Assembly: GCA_046497565.1 (NCBI GenBank)
Contig: JAWOFK010000060.1
Location: 956-64,955 of the forward strand
Reading direction: 5' to 3'
Length of the DNA stretch: 64,000 bases
Source of the DNA: Dehalococcoidia bacterium
GTDB taxonomy: Bacteria; Chloroflexota; Dehalococcoidia; GIF9; AB-539-J10
This document shows, in pieces, positions 57,819 through 64,000 of the stretch (the stretch's first letter is position 1; every line of letters starts with the position of its first letter). Made by a program: the position numbers and the translations under genes. Under the pieces are notes generated by a model. That model was not told the origin of the DNA. It made no database searches and was given only the letters and a program-made list of their open reading frames with translations.

Positions 57819-59066
57819 CTATGTTGGGAGCTCTACCTCCCCTGCTAGCCAGGGATGCCCCACCTTTTCCAGGAATGCCAGAAGCTCATCCACATTTTTG
57901 ACGTCTTCCTCGGTGGCTATTTTGTCGTAGAGCCCTTTCGCTTCCAGGACATCTTTGAACCTTTCCTTCAGGTCCTTAGGTAGCCAGACTATCCTGGCCA
58001 GGCCACCATCTGCCTGGATAAATTTGGGAGACCTGAGCTGCTCCAGCCCCGTCCCCAATCTTCCTTCTATTTGCTTTCCTCCGGAAGTCTCACCGGCCAT
58101 GCGGGAAAATGTTTCTCCAACCACAGATTCGCCCTTGTATTCTCTGTGCACTACTCCGAAGGCATCTACTTCAGGAATGTAATATACAATTGCTTCGAAA
58201 CAGCCACAAGATGTATGGGGGTGCTCAAATGCACTGTACAGATAAACTCTATCGTAGGTTCCCAGAGACTTTTCAGCTTCAATCGCATTCGCTCCTGAAT
58301 ACTCACCTCTTACGGCATCTATGAGCTCTCCCTTGGGTATGGCAAATATGGGTCCCTCGGGGTCGATTTTGGCAGCCGCTCTACCGTCAAACCAGTTTAT
58401 CGCTCCGCAGTTGGCAATTCTATTCGGCGTAATGATGGAGATATGCGTCGGGGCAAAGCTCTGACATAGAACACAGCCGTAGAAGGTGTCCACATCCTCA
58501 TCGTTCAAGGTCCTTGCCCGCTCATCCCTGGCAGCATAGACTTCCAGGGCGTGGGGAAGGAGCTCCTCTATTTTCTTTTCGTCGGTGATAATAGTGACCT
58601 GGATGGCCTCGATGATTGGCATCTCCGATGTATAGAGCAGGACATAGATTTCTCCCAGTTCCCGCAGCGAATTGAAGCCCTTCTTATAGGCTTCCTGGCT
58701 CATCCTTATCCATACATCCTGCCTCTGATTCATATGATAGAAGCCCTCAGTCATATTGGTAAACATGTGAATTCTTCTCTCGATGATTGCTTCGGCGTCC
58801 TTATCGAGTTCTCCCCCGGCAACGTCTATCAGAATGGCAATAGGATAGCTGCCACCACCTTTCTCTTCGTCGTAAGGCGCCAGATCACCTATGTCCGGGC
58901 CGATTATCTCTACTTTCTCATTCTCTATTTCGTCAGGACTCTTGACTGTTGCCAGCTCGAACTTATGTGCCGCCTTCGGGCCGCCGAACTCAATGTACAG
59001 GTTTTCCTTTCTTATTACCTCGCCTTCATACTGAGGTCCTATATCTACGTGAAATTCGCCTTCCAT
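57819..59066 (-). CDS. cdhC: Acetyl-CoA synthase catalytic subunit, short archaeal CdhC type
   Basis: The ATG at 59066 gives MEGEFHVDIGPQYEGEVIRKENLYIEFGGPK, like archaeal CdhC N-termini. The A-cluster motif SCGCFE is present. The ORF-track GTG at 59135 would overlap cdhB. Confidence 0.88.
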   Translation of the reverse strand: MEGEFHVDIGPQYEGEVIRKENLYIEFGGPKAAHKFELATVKSPDEIENEKVEIIGPDIGDLAPYDEEKGGGSYPIAILIDVAGGELDKDAEAIIERRIHMFTNMTEGFYHMNQRQDVWIRMSQEAYKKGFNSLRELGEIYVLLYTSEMPIIEAIQVTIITDEKKIEELLPHALEVYAARDERARTLNDEDVDTFYGCVLCQSFAPTHISIITPNRIANCGAINWFDGRAAAKIDPEGPIFAIPKGELIDAVRGEYSGANAIEAEKSLGTYDRVYLYSAFEHPHTSCGCFEAIVYYIPEVDAFGVVHREYKGESVVGETFSRMAGETSGGKQIEGRLGTGLEQLRSPKFIQADGGLARIVWLPKDLKERFKDVLEAKGLYDKIATEEDVKNVDELLAFLEKVGHPWLAGEVELPT

Positions 59067-59083
59067 TTCTTCTTCTGTTTCTT

Positions 59084-59635
59084 TTATCCTCCTTTCTTTA
59101 GATTGGCTATCAGGCTTTCCAAAAACTCCTGCCACTTCTCATCCTTCTTGAAATTGGGCAGCGAGTAGCTGGCATGGGGGAAGTAATACTTGCACAGCGT
59201 CATGGTCTTCAAATGAGGTGCGAAGTGTTTGAGTGTGGAAAGGCCCTGGCTACCGAGATCAGACCTTATGCCCAAGAACATCACCAGGTCGTGGTTTCCC
59301 TCTTTCTTGACGCCATGCCAATCAGGGTCTTTGAGGGCATTTACTATCTCGACCGCATCGTAGACGCAGTCCGGCTGTACCCCCAGCTCCACCATCTTCC
59401 CTCTGGTCTGGGCCGTCGCACATATCGGAATACCACCTGCTTTAGCCATGTCCAGGGCATACTCCAGCAGCAGCTTCCCATCAGCCAGAGATTGGAGCAA
59501 TAGAGGGCCGATTACAAGAAGCGGCCTTTTGGCCTTCTTGATCAGCTCGGCATACTCTGCGGCATCTTCAATCAACCTGGCTGATTTGGTACCGGTTAAG
59601 ACATTTACTCTATGACGTGGCAGCACTGCACTCAT
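59084..59635 (-). CDS. cdhB: CODH/ACS epsilon subunit (CdhB)
   Basis: 183 aa, positioned between cdhA and cdhC. The pattern AKRPLLVIGP..IPICAT is typical of the archaeal epsilon subunit. Confidence 0.75.
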   Translation of the reverse strand: MSAVLPRHRVNVLTGTKSARLIEDAAEYAELIKKAKRPLLVIGPLLLQSLADGKLLLEYALDMAKAGGIPICATAQTRGKMVELGVQPDCVYDAVEIVNALKDPDWHGVKKEGNHDLVMFLGIRSDLGSQGLSTLKHFAPHLKTMTLCKYYFPHASYSLPNFKKDEKWQEFLESLIANLKKGG

Positions 59636-59656
59636 TTTTTCCTCCTTCTAACCTTT

Positions 59657-61966
59657 TCAGTGTATTACCGCATCCACAGAAACCTTACTGGGGTAAGTAC
59701 CAATATAGGTGGGAAGACCGACTGGCTCTTTGGGCTGCCAGCCAATCTCCTGTAGATACGCCCGCACTTCCTTCTTGTAGACCAGCGGTATATCGGCGTC
59801 CCTGCGCACAAACAGCTGTAAGTCTTCGGGGAGTCCGCCTCCAATATACTTCTTGTACAGGGAGATGTAATGGTTCAGCTTTACGGCTCTGCCCTGAGGT
59901 GTATCGTTCTTCCTGATACATAACTTAGCGATCACGGGCATGGCCTTCTCTTTGGTCTCACAGACGTAGGCCAGATGTTCAGGTGAAGGCTCTCCGGTAT
60001 CGACGATCTCCTTCTTCCTGGCATCCATTACCTTCCAGTCACCCTCCTCTTTCTTGGACAGATACAGTCTCCTGTATTTCGAGGAATGCGGACCCAGGAC
60101 CACCGGTATACCCAGTCGGTTGCATCCTGTAGCGATGGAGGCAGCCTTTTGGGACATGGCACCCCACGCTACTCCAACCGCGCCTACGCGATTGAGAACA
60201 TAGTCGGCCATGACCTCGTAATTGCCCCTCAAAGGAAGTGCCGCGAAGATGTTCGCTATTTTTATGGCTGCGCCGGTGATATGGCTGTTGGAGACACAGG
60301 AGCCAACGTTTACCACGCCGCCGCCTTCAAAGTCAGGAGGGTACTTCTCGTAAACCGTCTTTCCATCGGCGTCTTTTTTCATCCCGGCAACCATGGCAGA
60401 ACAACCTGAGAGAACCACGATATACTTCCTCTTGGCAAACTCATCCACCATGTCAGCGACATCATCTATGTCGGGGAAATTCGAGCAGCCGACGATGGCA
60501 ACCACCCCCGGAATAGTCCCCAGAGTAATAGGCGCGCCTACGGTCCTTATCTCGGTATCCATAATCGGGCCACGCCCGGCTCTGGCCTTCCAGGTCTCGT
60601 TACCGGCCGCCACCTGCATCAGTCTAAATATGGGAACATCTCGAGGACACTCCTCCTCGCACTTCCCACAGCCGATACACTGGTTGAAAAGGACTCTTAT
60701 CGGGTCGAAGTTGCCCTTGGCCAGTTCCGTAATACCGGAACCGATAGCGCACAGGTTAGGGCACACCTGCTCGCACATACCGCAATCGCTGCATTTCTTG
60801 GCCAACTCCATGGCCTCGGCTTCCGTCAACCATTCCTTCCTCCTCTTCGGCGCAAGCTCCATGGCCACTTTCACCGCTACTTCAGCCGCCTTCTTGGAAT
60901 CCAGGATAGCGAAATGTTCGCCATTGTCCACCATTCGTCTTACCACATCATCTGCATCCATATCTGTGGCGTCCTCGAGTCCATACATGGCCTTATCCAG
61001 ACAGGCAACCACCGCCGAGCCAACTTTGGTTGCCTCCTGCGGCGTGTCCGTTCTGATACACTGCTCATCTGTCATTATCACATCGGCGATGCCCGCTCTC
61101 ATGAAGAAGAGCTGCCGTGAAAGGGGCCCGACAATCTTGGCCTTATCTGAATACCTGGTGGTCTCCAGGGCGGTACAACAAACACCGGCTACCTCAACCT
61201 TATCCTCCAGACCGTGTTCTCGCAGATAGTCGATTACCTCTGTAGACGTAGCCGGGTTATGCCCTGATACCAGAACCGTCGGTTTGCTCTTGTCAATCGC
61301 TCCCCACCCCATATCAACCAGCGGCGTATCGGCCACCGAAGTGGGATAGTTGAATCCCACAATCTGAGCGATATCCGCGGCCTCCATTCCGACATGATCC
61401 AGCATGCCGGCGTGCAGGGCTTTGGACTCATAGTCCAGTGCGCTTCCCTCCTGTCCGGTGTGGCAGGAGTCGAGCAAGTGCCCGACCTCCTTGAAGACGT
61501 ATTGCACAGCAATCTGCAGATCTCCCAGTGTCTCGGGTTTCAGGCCCAGGACCGTCCTGATGTGCGGCGCCTCGATCTCGATTGATCCGCCCATGTCTAT
61601 CTTCTTATCCGCACCGTGCTTCTCAATTAGATGTTCCAGTATATGCGCTCCGTGAGCGGCATGCGCAGAACATCCCATCAAGCAGGCCAGAAGTACTATT
61701 CTTGCCTGCTGGGTAGCTATATCAATGCCGCAAGCCCCTCTCTTACCACCGGTAAGGTCACATTTACCATAGGTACACAAGCAGCACAGGTCGCAAAAGG
61801 GAGCATAGAATGGTGCGTACGTCTTGAGCAGCCGCATATCCCAGTTCCTGAGATCCGGAATATCAGGCATGGGAGTGGGTCCTACCGGCTCCCAGGGCAC
61901 CTCGGCCCTGATAGTTTCATATAGCTCTTCCAATTTCTTCGATAGCTTCTTTTCAGCTACTGCCAT
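59657..61966 (-). CDS. cdhA: Carbon monoxide dehydrogenase catalytic subunit, archaeal CdhA type with inserted 2x[4Fe-4S] domain
   Basis: 769 aa with N-terminal Cys clusters (CDLCCLCTYGKCDL), the inserted ferredoxin motifs CSDCGMCEQVCP and CIGCGKCEEECP, and a hybrid-cluster/CODH fold. Confidence 0.9.
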   Translation of the reverse strand: MAVAEKKLSKKLEELYETIRAEVPWEPVGPTPMPDIPDLRNWDMRLLKTYAPFYAPFCDLCCLCTYGKCDLTGGKRGACGIDIATQQARIVLLACLMGCSAHAAHGAHILEHLIEKHGADKKIDMGGSIEIEAPHIRTVLGLKPETLGDLQIAVQYVFKEVGHLLDSCHTGQEGSALDYESKALHAGMLDHVGMEAADIAQIVGFNYPTSVADTPLVDMGWGAIDKSKPTVLVSGHNPATSTEVIDYLREHGLEDKVEVAGVCCTALETTRYSDKAKIVGPLSRQLFFMRAGIADVIMTDEQCIRTDTPQEATKVGSAVVACLDKAMYGLEDATDMDADDVVRRMVDNGEHFAILDSKKAAEVAVKVAMELAPKRRKEWLTEAEAMELAKKCSDCGMCEQVCPNLCAIGSGITELAKGNFDPIRVLFNQCIGCGKCEEECPRDVPIFRLMQVAAGNETWKARAGRGPIMDTEIRTVGAPITLGTIPGVVAIVGCSNFPDIDDVADMVDEFAKRKYIVVLSGCSAMVAGMKKDADGKTVYEKYPPDFEGGGVVNVGSCVSNSHITGAAIKIANIFAALPLRGNYEVMADYVLNRVGAVGVAWGAMSQKAASIATGCNRLGIPVVLGPHSSKYRRLYLSKKEEGDWKVMDARKKEIVDTGEPSPEHLAYVCETKEKAMPVIAKLCIRKNDTPQGRAVKLNHYISLYKKYIGGGLPEDLQLFVRRDADIPLVYKKEVRAYLQEIGWQPKEPVGLPTYIGTYPSKVSVDAVIH

Positions 61967-61967
61967 T

Positions 61968-62873
61968 TTATTTGACCTCCATTGTTTCTCTTACCAAACG
62001 CAAAGTCTGGGGATGCCTTAAGACAAGAATGTTCGCTCCGGCCAGCAAAAGCGATAGCGCCGTTATTCCTTCCCAGAGCAATCCCTGTTCCTTGTTTTCC
62101 TTGGCCTGTTTTGTCTTCCAGCACTCCGCACCAAGATTGGCGATGATTGGCATCATGGTCATACTATCTTTGGTCATAATCCCAATCTGTTTCACTCTCT
62201 CTATTAGAGAGAAGCTATATTCCATGCCATAACCCAATGCAGAAGACAAGGGATCTATCACAATCCTGTCTGGGGGAAAGAACTTCCCGAGCTTAACGTT
62301 CAACTCTTTGAGCAAATTGATGTCCAGGGGGCTCTGGGCAATAGCCGTATGCCCGTGATCCAGAATCGCTTTACCCACCGCTTCGTAATTCTCCTTGAGC
62401 ACCGGGCCTATGAGGAGGTTCATTCCATCGCATACTTCGGCAACCCGGGGCAGGACTTCTGCATCTTTCTTCTCATCTCCGGAGCCATAGACAATCAAAG
62501 GCACCTCTATCGCCTCGGCTACTTCTTTGGCCAACGCCGCTGCTTTGTCAGCAGGAGTATCCTTGACCGCAGGGTCGGTACTCATCAGGGAAAGCGAAAC
62601 GGCGTCCACGGCAAAGCCCTGGCATTTCTTGGCCCAGCCAACCGGGTCAGAAATTACATCCTGGACAGGCTCGACCGCATGCTTTGGCCAGTCCGGAGGC
62701 TCCATATCCAGAACTTCCAGGGCGAACTTGGCCGGATTGGGGTTTGAGCCCTCGTCAAAAAAATGAAGGGGGAGAATATTCTCTCCCCCTATCTTCAAAC
62801 TCTTCTTCCCCTTCCCAATGGTTACCTCTCTAACCACCCCACTATAAGCTTCAACTGGTGCTTTGTATTCCAT
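61968..62873 (-). CDS. acsD: Corrinoid iron-sulfur protein small subunit (AcsD/CdhD, short form)
   Basis: 301 aa, a TIM-barrel delta subunit. Its start lies 2 nt after the cdhA... operon order acsE-acsD-cdhA. Confidence 0.85.
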   Translation of the reverse strand: MEYKAPVEAYSGVVREVTIGKGKKSLKIGGENILPLHFFDEGSNPNPAKFALEVLDMEPPDWPKHAVEPVQDVISDPVGWAKKCQGFAVDAVSLSLMSTDPAVKDTPADKAAALAKEVAEAIEVPLIVYGSGDEKKDAEVLPRVAEVCDGMNLLIGPVLKENYEAVGKAILDHGHTAIAQSPLDINLLKELNVKLGKFFPPDRIVIDPLSSALGYGMEYSFSLIERVKQIGIMTKDSMTMMPIIANLGAECWKTKQAKENKEQGLLWEGITALSLLLAGANILVLRHPQTLRLVRETMEVK

Positions 62874-62885
62874 TCTTTACCCTCC

Positions 62886-63773
62886 TTAACTTTCAAGCCA
62901 GGCGTCAGAATACAGGGTCTCTCCCATAAGAACCTTGGCTGTCTTAACGTACTCAGCTTCCTTTTGAGGTAGACCGGAGGGGTCTACATCCTCCCCATCC
63001 ATAACCTTGTAGATTAGTTCGACGATTTCCGGCATCTCTCCTCTATTCAGGCGCATAAGCTCCTCATCCAGAGGGTCGGCGATGGCAGAGTAGAGCCCAT
63101 TCCTCCCCAGCATCACCATATACGTGCGATTGAGAAGCGGCCTGAGTGGTTCCGGTGCGCCATTGGATGTATTGGAAAGCCCTACTGTGGATTTAATCCC
63201 GGGCAGAACATCCTCAAGTATCTTGATGAATTCCAGATTCACCACAGTGAATCTCTGCCCCTCTCCGGCGGTGCTGATGGGCAGCAGTATGGGATCAACC
63301 CAGATATCTTCATTAGCAATCCCCAACCCATTGGCATAGTCAACCGTCTCCATAATACTCTCTACCTTGGACTCAACATCCGGAGGCATCCCTTTATCCG
63401 TCATAACCGAAATCACCACATCGCAGTTATATTTCTGGGCTAAAGGAAGCATTTGCTCTTTCGAGAGGCTCTTTCCTGAAGCAGAGTTAAGCAGGGGCCT
63501 TTGTTTGCAGGCTTTCAGGCCTGCCTCCATGGCTACAGGATTAAGGGTATCTATAGACAAAGGTAGGTCAGTAGCCTCCTGAACTGCGTTGACCAACCAT
63601 TGCATGGTGTCTTCGGTGTCTTTCTTCATGGGTCCAACATTCAGGTCGATGTAATTGGCTCCAGCTTCAGTTTGGGCTTTAGTTAAATCCTGGATTACTT
63701 TGGGGTTTCTATCAGTTACCGCTGTGGAAATTGCCTGGGCTATGACATGTATGTTCTCGCCAATAATGACCAT
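62886..63773 (-). CDS. acsE: Methyl-THF:corrinoid/FeS protein methyltransferase AcsE
   Basis: This is a pterin-binding (DHPS-like) barrel starting MVIIGENIHV, with NYIDLNVGP. The ATG at 63773 has GGAGGT 7 nt upstream. The ORF-track GTG at 63818 lies upstream of the predicted transcription start. Confidence 0.9.
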   Translation of the reverse strand: MVIIGENIHVIAQAISTAVTDRNPKVIQDLTKAQTEAGANYIDLNVGPMKKDTEDTMQWLVNAVQEATDLPLSIDTLNPVAMEAGLKACKQRPLLNSASGKSLSKEQMLPLAQKYNCDVVISVMTDKGMPPDVESKVESIMETVDYANGLGIANEDIWVDPILLPISTAGEGQRFTVVNLEFIKILEDVLPGIKSTVGLSNTSNGAPEPLRPLLNRTYMVMLGRNGLYSAIADPLDEELMRLNRGEMPEIVELIYKVMDGEDVDPSGLPQKEAEYVKTAKVLMGETLYSDAWLES

Positions 63774-63821
63774 ATAAATTACCTCCGCTTTATCGGTTGG
63801 GCAGCCTGAACAAACCACCGC

Positions 63822-63850
63822 AATATAGCAAGGAAAAAGCTATTTGTCAA
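63822..63850 (-). promoter_or_regulatory. Strong sigma-70-like promoter of the acsE-cdh operon
   Basis: The minus strand reads TTGACA, a 17-nt spacer, then TATATT. The predicted transcription start near 63815 is about 40 nt upstream of the acsE ATG. Confidence 0.5.
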
Positions 63851-63908
63851 ACTCCCGTGCCGGCCGGTAGCGTATCATATTTTGTGTAAATTCAATTTTA
63901 AAGATAAA

Positions 63909-63959
63909 GGGCGTATCCTTTCATAAACAACAACAAAATATGAAAGGAGGAATACGCCC
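63909..63959 (+). promoter_or_regulatory. Long hairpin overlapping the Shine-Dalgarno sequence of the next plus-strand gene
   Basis: GGGCGTATCCTTTCATA pairs with TATGAAAGG(AGGA)ATACGCCC, giving 8 bp + 9 bp with a 4-nt bulge. The 13-nt loop is AACAACAACAAAA. GGAGG lies in the 3' arm and the ATG is at 63961. Confidence 0.35.
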
Positions 63960-63960
63960 C

Positions 63961-64000
63961 ATGGTCATGGTAAAAGACCTGACCCAGCTCACATTAAACG
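63961..64000 (+). CDS. 5' end of an unidentified gene (MVMVKDLTQLTLN..), continues beyond the window
   Basis: An ATG is preceded by GGAGGA at suitable spacing. Only 13 codons are visible. Confidence 0.3.
   Translation, partial: MVMVKDLTQLTLN

Overview
This is a 64-kb chromosomal segment from a strict anaerobe. The GroEL sequence and gene content suggest a Chloroflexota/Dehalococcoidia-like bacterium, but that is inference only. I support about 60 protein genes. I recognised no rRNA, tRNA, CRISPR array, transposase, integrase or phage genes.

Layout:
- 1-6.4 kb: housekeeping genes (dnaJ 3' part, gpsA, plsY, der, an ornithine-carbamoyltransferase-like gene, and an Lrp regulator with an aminotransferase).
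- 6.4-16.4 kb: an anaerobic redox island. It holds a four-subunit Bzd/Bcr-type ATP-dependent reductase, a tungsten-type aldehyde:ferredoxin oxidoreductase with a polyferredoxin and a small zinc-ribbon ORF, and a signal-less DmsAB-like molybdopterin enzyme.
- 16.4-22.4 kb: a compact cluster resembling mycothiol/bacillithiol-type sugar-thiol biosynthesis (MshA-like GT4, MshD-like double GNAT, PIG-L deacetylase), flanked by a Fem-fold transferase, a nitrilase-family hydrolase and a glyoxalase-II-like hydrolase.
- 22.5-35.6 kb: M16 peptidase, groES-groEL with a CIRCE operator, XRE regulator, DUF2851, two tandem zinc-ribbon paralogs with conserved long leaders, typA, tsaD, an antiporter with a CBS protein, and mobA.
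- 35.6-63.8 kb: a minus-strand carbon-fixation region. It holds two FdhA-NuoE/NuoF-type formate dehydrogenase operons separated by a NarL-type two-component system, MetF-MetV-(MetV::RnfC), DUF3786, cooC, a third orphan NuoE/NuoF pair, and an archaeal-type CdhA-CdhB-CdhC CODH/ACS with AcsC, AcsD and AcsE.

Most noteworthy:
- the thiol-like cluster;
- a small helical domain present both as a free ORF and as a C-terminal fusion on one FdhA;
- the motif-divergent third NuoEF module inside the CODH/ACS operon;
- the MetV::RnfC fusion;
- the conserved leaders of the zinc-ribbon paralogs.
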